A DNA stretch of 63,224 nt, counting the filler, from Lenisia limosa (Eukaryota; Protista; Breviatea), in NCBI GenBank assembly GCA_001655205.1. It is 12 parts of 12 records of this genome, joined end to end, with 100 filler letters (N's around TTAATTAATTAA, not from the genome) between each part and the next. Parts side by side here need not be neighbours in the genome. Positions count along the whole stretch, not along the records: positions 49,896 to 52,262 come from LPNZ01003873.1; positions 52,363 to 58,076 come from LPNZ01001362.1; positions 58,177 to 59,484 come from LPNZ01003225.1; positions 59,585 to 61,668 come from LPNZ01005088.1; 8 more parts are not named here. One strand, written 5' to 3'. Below the pieces are notes generated by a model, which was not told where the DNA came from, searched no databases, and was given only the letters and a program-made list of their open reading frames with translations. Below, piece by piece: positions 49,961 to 61,537 of the stretch. Both the position numbers and the translations under genes were made by a program. Each line of letters opens with the position of its first letter. The first letter of the stretch is position 1.

Positions 49961-51597
49961 CGCGATGGTGTGGACAGGCTAGGCTTGATACTACGTATTT
50001 TTAAACATGTGATATCATATCATATAGTAAATGTACATTTAATTTTTAATTACACGGTCCTCACATATTCCCCTTTAGCTACACGGTGCATCAATCCCCC
50101 GATGTAATGGAGTACCTTGCCAACCACCGAGTCCCTGTGGAGCTCAACGTCGGTGACAAACTCATGTCTAGCCTCACCTCCGACATTTCTGGCTTCCAGG
50201 TTGGGGGGGGGGGTAGAAGTAAGGCTTCACTTCGGTTCGAAAAAAGACTGAATTTCACAAACTCCTAGAATTTTATATTTTACTTGTATTTTTCGAACCG
50301 AAGTGAAACCCTAGATAGAAGGGGGTGATTCAACCTTGTTTAATTTCCCATCACAACATATTCATTATGTCGTCCCTCCACCTATATAGCCTCTTCATTC
50401 TACCCGCTCTCTTCATCCCAGTACCTCTGACCACTTTAGGATTTCATTCGTCTGTTGACTGACCAAAACGTCCCCGTGGTTGTTTCCTCGTAGGTCCTGG
50501 GCTTAGTATTGTATCATTACACATAAAGGTAGTGTGTTTCTTCGTGGGTCTGGCTCTTTATTCAAATGGTTGTTTATTTGATGTTGTTTCTTCAAATGAC
50601 CGGGTTTGCATCTCATATAAAGGTGGCTTGCTGTTGCATTGGTTTCCGTGGTTTTAGGGTATTTAGTTTTAAAACTATTATTGTTGTTTCTTCGTGGGTC
50701 TGGGTTTAGTATTTATTACCCATGGTCCTAAAATCTGAATTTCTTCATAAATCTTTGAGAAATATCGATATTGAACCAGTCTTTTTGGGACCGGAGTGAA
50801 TCCTTCAGTATTACACATAAAAAGGTGTTGTGTCTTTGGAGGGTTCAGTATCACACTCTTCAAATGGTTATCTGACTCACATATTACTCTTTTTTTCTTG
50901 GTAATATGTGGGGAAATGATGACTACAAGGCAATCATAGGCAATCCGAGACACATTAGATAAATCAACAAAACTGATAAATTAAAGGCCTCTTTCTGCCT
51001 CTAACCTTTTTCAGATTCCGTAAATCGCTGTACTCCCAGAGCCGCTGCCGCCTGCTCTCTGACGTGGCCTCTGCCGCCAACCTCAACCCGGCGGAGCTGC
51101 TGATGCTCATTGGCAACGGCTTCAGATCCTCTCTCTCCGGTGCGGGTTTAGGGGTGGATTTGGGGTCTTTTGGAGGTCACTTTTTTGTGTTAGGGGAATC
51201 TCTGTGTGTTTTTTTACGACTTTGTGCAATTCCTTTTTTGAGGAAATTAATGGGAAAATTTAGAAATTATAGTGTCTGGAATGGCGTCTGGTTACACTAT
51301 TTCCCACTTCAAATTTTGCAATTATTTTTTCTAGTTATTGGGGTGTTATGAGGGAAGGGGCATCTTTTTTAGGTTTAAGCGTTATATTTGAATGTGTAAT
51401 GGACGGAGTTGTTTGAATGTGTGCCAATATTCTTCACATAAATTACCTTCGTTTACCTTCCAATTTTACCCCCCCCCCCCNNNNNNNNNNNNNNNNNNNN
51501 NTCTGAAACCCTCTGGGAAGCCTATGGGTTCAGCCACCTGAAGAAGAAGCCATACATGCCTTGCGGCAGACCCGAGGATATGGTTGCCGAGATGTAG
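49961..51597 (+). CDS. Adenosine/AMP deaminase-fold protein, C-terminal part; catalytic Asp pair absent
   Basis: Spliced VMEYLANHRVPVEL...|DFIRLLTDQNVPVVVS|SFRKSLY...NLNPAELLMLIGNGFRSS aligns with the ADA L..RIPLEVCP / HP...GVPV.INTDDP / GLS.EEL..L.RN...S pattern. Confidence 0.6.
50222..50311. mobile_element. Family A MITE-like element
   Basis: AGGCTTCACTTCGGTTCGAAAAAAGACTGAATTTC...TTTTCGAACCGAAGTGAAACCC. Confidence 0.85.
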
Positions 51598-52362
51598 AGC
51601 GTTAATTTAATATCATATACTGTTTCTTGACTTTTTTTTTTTTTTTTNNNNNNNNNNAACAGGGTCCTTTCGTTGTATATGCAACAGTGAATAAGATTAT
51701 AATCATGGATTACCAAATTAATTTGGAAATCCAAATGGGGAAGCCGAGATGTGCTACCTTTGTTTCTTGTGTCTTGTGTCGCAAGATATTCGTTTAATCT
51801 TTTTGAAGAAAAAAAATCCCAAAGAACACGGCTATAAGATATGATGACGTTGTTCAGCAAGAATTTCAGGCGTAGAAATGAGAGGGTCAAAATGCCCAGA
51901 AAATGAATACACAATAATACATAATTATAATGTCAAGAAATTGATACGACTATTGAAACTTGAACATCGTGACATTGAAGAAAGAATTGTCCTGGGCAGT
52001 AGGAGTGTTATAGGCCGAACAACATGCTCCTGTAACAAACAGAACCGCAACCTACAAAATTAGTGTATAATAACAATATATTATTCCAAAAAGAGATGAG
52101 CAAAAAAGTTGTATTTGGCCTACATCATCAAGCTGATAGATATTGTATTCTATAATTTATATATACTATATATATAATTATAATCATATATTACTACCTT
52201 ACAACTCTGTGCAGAGTATTCTATAATCAATGTGTCTAACCACACTATTTTACAAATTAAATNNNNNNNNNNNNNNNNNNNNNNNNNNNNNNNNNNNNNN
52301 NNNNNNTTAATTAATTAANNNNNNNNNNNNNNNNNNNNNNNNNNNNNNNNNNNNNNNNNNNN

Positions 52363-53300
52363 CCTGCACATAGAGTCAACCCGTTCCTCACTGCGTGCGC
52401 GCTCCTCCATCAAAACCATCTCCTGTGCCCGCTTTTGCATCTGAAAGAATGATGAAACTGCCTTTCGAAACAAGATCCACATGAAATATTACAGCGCCCA
52501 TTCACATTGACTTGGTCTCTTTCCATTCTCACAGCCTGAGACTCAGTCTCAACTTCTTCACCCTCTGCAGGGGGGGTTGGTTCTTCTAAACCGGTCAAAC
52601 GCAGGTATTTCATAGAGATTGATAAATATCAGACTATTTTACATAGAAAACTCCATGTCTCCGTCATACCCTCTTCAAACTCAGCATCAACCGAGTCAAT
52701 TGCCAGGTCCATGCCGCTGCAACATCAGAAATAGTACAACCAGTGTGTCTTATATAGGAGACGAAGAGGCAAGGAAAATAACTTCAGAATAAAAGAGGCC
52801 TGACATGTTACAATACCCTTTAAACTCACGTTTCCAGCTCATTCTCATCATAGTACACCGTGTAGTCCCTCTTGGCCCTTTCGTCATCCCTTTGAACTCG
52901 GACCGCATCACGAAGCCTATGACAAGTGAGAGTGGGGGAAAGGGTCTACAATGCCATTCTTTGTTATTGTATAGATATAAACAGCCAAATAAACGAGTAG
53001 AAGGAAGGAATAGCCGGCAAACATTCTCATCTGCCCTCGAAAGAACCCTGTCTCGGGGCTGGATTTCTCCAAGGGCTGTCCAATCAACGAAACAAGCTCT
53101 TCTTCAATGCCTTTTTGCTGTATAATGCCGTTAGAAAAGAATTCCAATTGCAACGAGTCCTTATTGCCGCTATAAACCTCCCAACCTTCGGTGTAGCAGC
53201 AAATTTAGAAACAAAGAGAGACGTTTGGCGACGACCTGTTGAAGATGTTCTGTTAGGAACATCCTTTGGAGGGTCCGCCACATCAAATGAGACGCCCATT
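52363..53300 (-). CDS. Multi-exon charged/coiled-coil protein of unknown function
   Basis: Open exons GIIQQKGIEEELVSLIG, LRDAVRVQRDDERAKRDYTVYYDENELE, MDLAIDSVDAEFEE and MQKRAQEMVLMEERARSEER, with GT-AG borders. Confidence 0.5.
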
Positions 53301-53936
53301 ATGTTTTTATCTCGGAATAGATTCCGATTGAGTCCTGATTGGGGCTCACTGCCCCTTGACTAAACGAAGTAGGAAACCTAGCAGGTTTGTGCTCTGATTA
53401 TACGGTCTCAGTAATGAAGTTTTGCCGTTAATGAAGGCCTTATTCTTGAAATAAAGCTTGTTTCATTTTTATATATTTATATATATATATATTCTTCGCG
53501 TCTGCGCAACACATTGCGTAACAATCTGAGCTTTTGAAATTGGAGAATGTCTAGTAAAAACGTAATAAAAATGTACATCCCTGACGTATACCCCTAGATC
53601 TCTTACACTTCAGCCCAATTTCAGCCCCGCTATGGCTGCATGACAAATATAACCCACTTCTTCCAAAACACATATCCCTCATGCTCCATAAAAAGCTCAT
53701 ATCTTGATGTCGATGAAACTTACCATGGTAACATGCCTATTTCCTAAAAAGTTTCCACCATCAGTTGCTTCCAAAATATAAACACCTTGATATCAGAATA
53801 TGTAACATTCTCCTCAAGCAACCCAGACAATGTTATGAAAACTGTAGATTGGACCCCGATACTGCAAAGATGGATTCTTCAAACCAATATCAGTACTTCC
53901 TCAATCTGAACCTGTCCTGAATTGGATAATGTACAT

Positions 53937-54687
53937 TTATTTTCTCTGAGAAGCAATCATAGTGCGGACAAGGTCCCTTGAGGGTTGGTAAAGATGCATG
54001 AAGTTGCAGTAACCCGCACGGGCACACTCGCCCATCTCGAATTGACGACACCTGGCTTCACGGAAATCGGTCACCGGTGAGAGCTCACCAACAACGGGTC
54101 TTCCTTCGTAGAAGCGGCCCATCACACCCTTCAAACACTTCTCAGCCTCATCTTCGTGAGAGTATTTGATATAGACGTTGCCACACTATGAGGTTAATGT
54201 AGTCAAGGCAAAACGAGGGAAATCGTAAATACATCAAAATACTTGATAATAAGTGTCAAATAAACCATTTCACCCCTACAAGATGGTCAGCAACGTTGGC
54301 GCAGAGATGCATTTCTTCAACAGTTCCATACTTGGCGAGTTCCTCAAACAAATCTTCAACATAATCTTCAAGATGCTGCTGATCAGCCTTGAAATCCTCA
54401 GCAGGGATGTTATGGCCGTTAAGCTGCGCTAATTGCTGTCGAGTCTGAAAAAAATGTCACAACCGACACTAAAATGGTCGAATTTACCTGGAACATGTTT
54501 GCAAGAACAAGGGTCTGTGAAAAAAGGGGCTTGTTATGCTTTCTAGAGCAACGATCACCATGTCTGCAAGCTCCAATCTTGAAATAGAAAGGACAGTTAA
54601 CCCTGATATGTAAATAAATGTTCTAATTCAAGGGCAAACTCACTTATCCTGTTCGGTACCATAAATACGGGCAAGTTGTTCCGCCAT
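53937..54687 (-). CDS. U2AF1: U2 snRNP auxiliary factor small subunit (complete; no RS tail)
   Basis: [15 protein letters not shown]|[25 protein letters not shown]...DHL|CGNVYIKY...[30 protein letters not shown]: both CCCH fingers and the UHM are present. TAA at 53937. Confidence 0.96.
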
Positions 54688-54997
54688 TTTTTGTGAATTA
54701 AATAAACTCTGCTTTAAATAAACTGGGTTAACACTACCTACACAACAAGCTTCACTAAATGTCGAAAAAAAAAAAAAAATGAAAATGTATTTTTAAGGGG
54801 CGAAATATTGGGGATGAGATTGACCAATTATTACTATTAAAATTCACCAAAATTATCAGTAACTAGCCGCATACATTGTCACAGTCATTATAATTATTAC
54901 ATACAGTTTACGTTTTACAATCTAAATATTTAGAAAGACAATAATTTGATTTAGTGAATGGTGATGTACCCACTGTTAGTGGTGTAAGTACGTTGTA

Positions 54998-57982
54998 ATG
55001 GTAGTAGAAGAAAGGGAAGACCAAGAGAGCAATGTTGCTTTCGAAGAGGTGTTGAATACAGTTGAAAGTCTTCAGACTGTGCTTTCTGAGTTCACTTCTG
55101 AGCTCCACAGGTTTGTATTTGAATAGTGCCTTATAACATGAACAAGAAATTGCGTTTCTCTCTCCCACAAGCTGATCTCTCCATCAGACTAACCCGCTCT
55201 TTTTAGTTATGAGTTCAAAGCACAAGAGTTCCTCTCGAAGACAGACGGTTTCGTTAAGCAACGCAAAAAGCTGGAGGCTGAATTTGTGAGTTTGCCTCGC
55301 TTATCACCAACCCATTCATTGAAATGCTTGTTTTCTTTCACCTTCTCGTATTGGAACAACTTTGAGTACGTGGAGAGTACTGTCAGGAGATGCTGTTTTG
55401 ATTTGGTGTTTTGTTTTGAAGAGACAGGTTTCAGAGGTGATATTTGTGGTCCACCTTGTCAAATAAATAGCGGCAGTGTCAATACGGGAAACTGCCTTGA
55501 CCTCTTTGATAGCCTCAATTTGAATCAGAACTCCATAAATCACATGTATCACGTTCTTGTAGAAGTCACTTGCCGAAACTGTCAAGGGCCTTGCAACTCG
55601 AGATGAGAGGAAGTCCATGAACCAAAGTATCAAAGTATGCTCTTCAAACTGCTACATAACATTATCCTACCCAAGTTGTTTATGCATCATTTTTGGCTGT
55701 TACCCTATAGTTCCTTCGCCATAGTCTCAAAAAGCATGTTGAAGGAATCCTGCCTTCTACCAACAGGTTTGCTGCTGCCAATTCCGCCTAAAGGCAATAA
55801 CATTTTAGACATGTCACTTTTTTTTTATCTTTTCCCGAATGCCAACTCTCATGGTATCATTTTCTGTTTTGCCTATTCACTGTCTTCGCGGACAGATGGA
55901 ACCTTCTCTGATTTCTCAATTCTGTACTTTGCATCTCTCTTATTTGAGCCTCACGACTTTAGAGGAATTGGGTGGATCCTCCTTGGTAACATGGACCTGG
56001 TCATGCCTCGGGTCCCAAACAGAGTGGGGGGGGGGGTCATGAGCCTGCGAGTACGCAAATGATGCACAAGTAGTGGGACTTTTCATATTTTTAGTTTTCT
56101 ATTCTTTTTTATAGATGATCCCCACCTCTTGATACAATTTACATCATTCACACTTGCTCATTATTGTCACTATTGTAGATCAACTTTAAGCAAGAATACG
56201 AGAACTTCAAATGGCTAATCAATTGTCTTTTAGTGGGGGGGGGGTCAGCTTTGTCACCTTTATTGCTTTTGTGTATATTCTCTTCTGCGATACTGATTGT
56301 GAAAATCAAAATAGCCATCTTTCTGAGCAGAATGGTGTGACTGACCCCCCAGATGGCCTTCTGTGGGCTTTGTCTCCTTCTGTCCTTCCTACGCCATCCA
56401 CTAACGTCATTTGTCGAGACCACCACGTGCCTTTTGGGCAGTGTGGCCTACATGATCATGATTGTCCGTGAAGCCATCTTAAAGGTACCTGGGAAACTCC
56501 ACATCAGGTGACCAAGAGCTGATTGAATAACAATATATAGTAGTTGCGTACATTTTAACTCACTCATTCGAGTAACACTTTCCAGGCGAATGGGAGTAAC
56601 ATCCACACTTGGTGGGTGTGGCACCACTATATCACCATGACCCTCACGGCCATCCTTGCCACCTGGCCCTATGACGCTATTTACGCCTCTTTCCGCCTCA
56701 TCCTCTTCCTGTGGATCTTCTATGCAGGTACGAGCTCATCCATTGCATAAATAAGGGGATGGTACTACTTATGAATTGCTTTGGGTTTACTGTGCACGAA
56801 GTTAACAAATAGTGCGTTTTATTTGAACCAAAATGATTCCCTGTAATAGATACCCGATTACCCTCGTAGGAATGGTGGCTTTCCTCCAATACCGCTACCA
56901 ATCATCACGCCTCTACCATCTCCGTGCCTTAGATAAGGTAGGGGTTACTGCGTTCTCCCCCCCCCCCNNNNNNNNNNNNNNNNNNNNNNNNNNNNNNNNN
57001 NNNNNNNNNNNNNNNNNNNNNNNNNNNNNNNNNNNNNNNNNNNNNNNNNNNNNNNNNNNNNNNNNNNNNNNNNNNNNNNNNNNNNNNNNNNNNNNNNNNN
57101 NNNNNNNNNNNNNNNNNNNNNNNNNTATCCAATATTTTGACTCCTAATTGTGTTAACCTTGTAGCCCCCACTATTGGTGCCCTCCAATGTTCCTTCTTCT
57201 CCCCTTCATCTTTATTGCCCAGGTTGGTTAAGCAACCTCACAACCTGTCTTCCAGGGTGCTTTATCTTTGAGAATCAGGCAATGCATGCATTTGAATATT
57301 CCTCACAATCACATACTCTATTGTTTTCACTTTGCTCTTCTCATACCAACCGTTCAGCTTTGGCAGCTTTATAATGGTTATTTCCTCTTCTACGCTTCGC
57401 TGTCGAGTGATGACAGTTCCTTTCATGTTTGCTGGCACTGTGCAAAGGGCTGGAAATTATGATGCTCACTTCGAAATATGCATATCGATATTATTAAATA
57501 ATTAAGAATTGGACAAATAATGAATTGTATTTTTTAATGATCATAATTATTATTATTATTTTTTTTATTTTTTTTTATTTTTTATTTTTATTTTTTTTTC
57601 CTTGATTATACTCTTTTGGGCTTCAATCAACAACCTGATGGGAAAATGGAAAATATTTGCCAATAGGTGTTCTTGAAGAGGTTTTCTGCAACCTTGGCTA
57701 TTGCCCAACTCACGTTCACAGTCCTGGTGTGTTGCAATCATCTTCGTTATCCTCGGTTCTGGTAACTTTGTGTAGGAGGGGAGGTGGGCCTATTTAATAG
57801 AGAAAGTATTTCAAACCCTCCTTGAAACAATTTGTGATAAATTTCAAACTTGAAAACGTTGATACCTTAGGACAACTGTCCATCGAATGTTCCTCAAAGA
57901 CCTTGGCCGCAATTCCTCCCTGGCCGGACTTCAGGAAAAAAGCAGGACCGAGCAAACCCCTGTTCCTACAAAACCTACCCAT
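54998..57982 (+). CDS. TMEM120: TMEM120/TMPIT family membrane protein
   Basis: ILLGNMDL, FKQEYENFK, IVREAILK|ANGSNIHTWWVWHHY...TWP, FLQYRYQSSRLYHLRAL, WQLYNG and GNFVTT all match TMEM120 motifs in order. Confidence 0.9.
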
Positions 57983-58432
57983 GTATGTATTGCCCCCCTT
58001 TGCTTGTTCAACATTTTGGATTTAATCAGTCTTCCCACCCTCCATCCCCCATAACAGCAGAGCTGTTTGGGTTTTTNNNNNNNNNNNNNNNNNNNNNNNN
58101 NNNNNNNNNNNNNNNNNNNNTTAATTAATTAANNNNNNNNNNNNNNNNNNNNNNNNNNNNNNNNNNNNNNNNNNNNGGGGGGGGGTAAAAGCGTAGAAAT
58201 ACACGATGTAAGGGAGAAAATGCTAAATGTGGAGTTTTTATTATTTTGAAGACCTTTGAGTAGGGGGGGTTGCAGTAGAGAGAGCCAAGATTTGGGCCTT
58301 CTCATGATTGAGCCCTTACAAACAAAAACTAACCCAGATTAATTGGATAATCTTACCTCCCCAACTTATTCATTAGACGGATCACCCACAGACCAAAGTC
58401 GTGGAGTACAAGTAAGAGGGGTTCCTAAATCA

Positions 58433-58518
58433 AGGCTTCATTTCGTTTTGGGAAAATATTGATAGTTTTCGAGGATTTATCCAGAAATTCAGTCTTGTTT
58501 CGAACCGAAGTGAAGCCC
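58433..58518. mobile_element. Family A MITE-like element
   Basis: AGGCTTCATTTCGTTTT...GAAATTCAGTCTTGTTTCGAACCGAAGTGAAGCCC. Confidence 0.8.
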
Positions 58519-58775
58519 AAAATAGGGAGAAGTGAAGTGGTGTTTATGAAGAGGCATGCAGAAAGTTGTGTTCACAGAGTTGGAAGTATAACTTCCCATT
58601 GGTCTTAAAAATACCGTCGAAATATCAATATTTATCGAGAATTTATCGAGAGATTCAGTCTTGGGCCGTAGGAGAGCCCTAGTTGTAAGTCAAATGAATG
58701 GGAGAATTGATATTTTAAAAGAACATAATATCTCTAGTAATTCCCTGTCACGCTCTTGTGGTTCCCTTAGAACTT

Positions 58776-58883
58776 GGGCTTCACTTTGGTTGAAAAGGAC
58801 TGAATTTCTAGGACTAAATTTTTCGATAAATCATCGAAAACTATTGATATTTCACTGGTCTTTTTCGAACCAAAGTAAAGCCC
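58776..58883. mobile_element. Family A MITE-like element
   Basis: GGGCTTCACTTTGGTTGAAAAGGACTGAATTTC...GTCTTTTTCGAACCAAAGTAAAGCCC. Core-only relics also lie at ~5850, ~20030, ~22020, 50724-50792, ~58610 and ~60300. Confidence 0.85.
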
Positions 58884-58980
58884 GACTTAGAACAATTACA
58901 CACATGAAAAACACGCCAAGCAAAGTATCTTATACCCCCGTCCCTCCCCTTCTTCATCAAAATTTCATTTGTATGCTTGA

Positions 58981-59117
58981 GTGATGGGATGCCGAAGCGA
59001 CTGGCCTAAGCTTTGTTTGTTTTGTTACTATCAACCCTCATTTGTTGTCAGCCAACAGAGTTGATTATGGGCTTTATTTGTTTCATACACTTTCCAATTT
59101 TACTCCCCCCCTCCCAG
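58981..59117 (+). mobile_element. Family B element, best-preserved copy (137 nt, GTGA...CAG)
   Basis: GTGATGGGATGCCGAAGCGACTGGCCTAAGCTTTGTTTG..CAACCCTC..TTGTCAGCCAACAGAGTTGATT..TTCCAATTTTACTCCCCCCCTCCCAG. Confidence 0.9.
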
Positions 59118-59226
59118 TTCGGTTCCAGCACCAACATCATCCCAATTGGCAACAGCGAATCAATTGAAACAACCCCTGGCCCGGCCCAGCTCAACGCCCT
59201 CCCCCCGCTGGTTTCCGCTCCCCTTG
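59118..59226 (+). CDS. Isolated exon of an unidentified gene
   Basis: CAG|...|GTGAGG borders, directly downstream of a family B element. Reading frame not resolved. Confidence 0.35.
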
Positions 59227-59626
59227 GTGAGGGGGCGATATAGGCCTTGCATATCGTGTTTCACTTTGTTTCGGTTCGGTTAGGTCAAACCAATATTTGG
59301 TGAAAATCGGTTTCAAAGTCGATTCGGTATTATTCTCTGTTTGTTTTAACCTAAACCCATGTGTGGTGCCAAAGGATTGATTTTGGGGTTTTATTGATCT
59401 GTGTGAGGGAGTGTAGTACTTCCGTCAATTAGTAATGGGTGGATTAATTTTATAATATACTTTTTATTATGCCCCCATCCCCCCNNNNNNNNNNNNNNNN
59501 NNNNNNNNNNNNNNNNNNNNNNNNNNNNTTAATTAATTAANNNNNNNNNNNNNNNNNNNNNNNNNNNNNNNNNNNNNNNNNNNNTTGGGGGAGGAGGGCT
59601 ACGAATAAGACAGTACCATGTTGGGG

Positions 59627-59722
59627 GAGAGTTGATTTTGGGCTTACATAACTTTTCCAATTTTACTCCCCCCACCTCCAGAATTTATTTACCGTTAACC
59701 CGTTAACCCCCCTCCCCCCCAG
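59627..59722 (+). mobile_element. Family B intron element (CFAP57 intron)
   Basis: AGAGTTGATTTTGGGCTT..TTTTCCAATTTTACTCCCCCCACCTCCAG, followed by a second C-rich acceptor. Confidence 0.8.
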
Positions 59723-61537
59723 TACTACCGCGGGAGTGGATGGCGCAATTTACGAGTGGCGAGTGAGCGACGTTAAAAGAGTCGGCGAGCACGTGTTGAA
59801 GTCATGCCAGTATACGTCTTGCGTGTCTACCCCAGATGGTGAGGATATTGGCGGTTTAGAAGCCGGGTTAGGGAAACTGTTTTGTTGGCTTCTTCCCTTT
59901 TCTGGAAGTTTCCACTTACCATCTTAGGAAAAGCCGTCTATGCCGCCGGAAGCGATGGGAAATTGAAGGAAATTTCCGATTCTCAGGTAGATGGATGGAG
60001 TTATTGAAAAAAACCCAATTTTGCAGAAAAGCCTTGAATACAACGATAAAGGTCTCTGAAATTTGTCATGATTTTTAAGTACCATTTCACAATAGTCCCT
60101 TTTTCATGTCACTTTTGTCACTTTTTCGTGTCAATTTTATCACCATTTTAGGTTTCACGCGAATTCGAAAGCTCCGTTGTTCTCACGCAGGTGGCTCTGG
60201 CTGCCTCCGGACGGCTCTTCTTTGCCGCTACCGTTGAGGGCAGTGTCAGAGCGTATAGATATCCCCTGACTGGAGAGGTGGGGGAAGGGGTCAGACTTAC
60301 CTTCGGTTAGAACACCAAATTTCTCGTTAAAACTTCTAAAATAGCGAAATATTCCTGGTCTTTTTTGGTGTTAGCATAAACATAGATTACTACTCTGGGG
60401 GTATAATTTTACATAGAGGTAGAAAGATCCAAAATCGAAGTCATTTCTTACTAACTAACAAACCATAGTAGCGAGGTGCACGGTCCACCAACTTCCCCAG
60501 TAACTCACCCTTTAGTTCACGGAAGTAGCGGCGCACTTGGGTCCAGTCAGCCGCCTTCGAGTCAGCGCAGATGACGCTTTTGTGTTCTCAACCGGCGACG
60601 ATGGTACCCTTGTTTGTATCGACGTGAAGGACAAGGAGGTGGGTTACTTAATAATATTCAATTAAATCCTAGGTCTGTCGTATCACAATTATTATTTGAC
60701 CTTTTAATTAAATCCCAGGGCCGCGCCCTGAGAGCAAGGGAGGTCGCGTTTTCCGAGGAGATTCTTGTCACCCGCGCTGACCTCGAGGAAAAGACCGGTA
60801 GGGGGGGGGGTAGAGTTTATATATAGTATATATATATATNNNNNNNNNNNNNNNNNNNNNNNNNNNNNNNNNNNNNNNNNNNNNNNNNNNNNNNNNNNNN
60901 NNTAAAACAAGAGAAATATATTATACATTAGAAACCTAGGGAAACAATACAAACAAATTACTCAGCTGCCATGGGGTCTATGTACATACTACATGTCATG
61001 TATAAAAAGAAACTATTAACAGAGTTGATTTTGGGCTTCTTTTTGTTTCAAAATGTTCCCATCCCCCCCGCAACTAATGTTCTCTTCTGATGCTGCTCGA
61101 CCCTTGAATTTTCCAATTTACCGCCAGAGCTTTGTTTGTTTTGTTGTGATCAACCCCCGTGTGTTGTCAGCCAACAGAGTTGATTTAGGGTTTTTTTTGT
61201 CATATATTTTCGCANNNNNNNNNNNNNNNNNNNNNNNNNNNNNNNNNNNNNNNNNNNNNNNNNNNNNNNNNNNNNNNNNNNNNNNNNNNNNNNNNNNNNN
61301 NNNNNNNNNNNNNNNNNNNNNNNNNNNNNNNNNNNNNNNNNNNNNNNNNNNNNNNNNNNNNNNNNNNNNNNNNNNNNNNNNNNNNNNNNNNNNNNNNNNN
61401 NNNNNNNNNNNNNNNNNNNNNNNNNNNNNNNNNNNNNNNNNNNNNNNNNNNNNNNNNNNNNNNNNNNNNNNNNNNNNNNNNNNNNNNNNNNNNCAACGGA
61501 GCGATTCAACCAGGATCTTGAGGCTGGACGAACGAAG
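59723..61537 (+). CDS. CFAP57: Cilia- and flagella-associated protein 57 (WDR65), internal part
   Basis: GVDGAIYEW...VLKSCQYT, GSDGKLKEI, GRLFFAATVEGSVRAYRYPL, AHLGPVSRL...DDAFVFSTGDDG, EVAFSEEILVTRADLEEK, TERFNQDLE. Confidence 0.88.
61018..61214 (+). mobile_element. Two family B copies in one CFAP57 intron
   Basis: AACAGAGTTGATTTTGGGCTT at 61019 and CAACCCCCGTGTGTTGTCAGCCAACAGAGTTGATTTAGGG at ~61151-61190. Confidence 0.8.
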
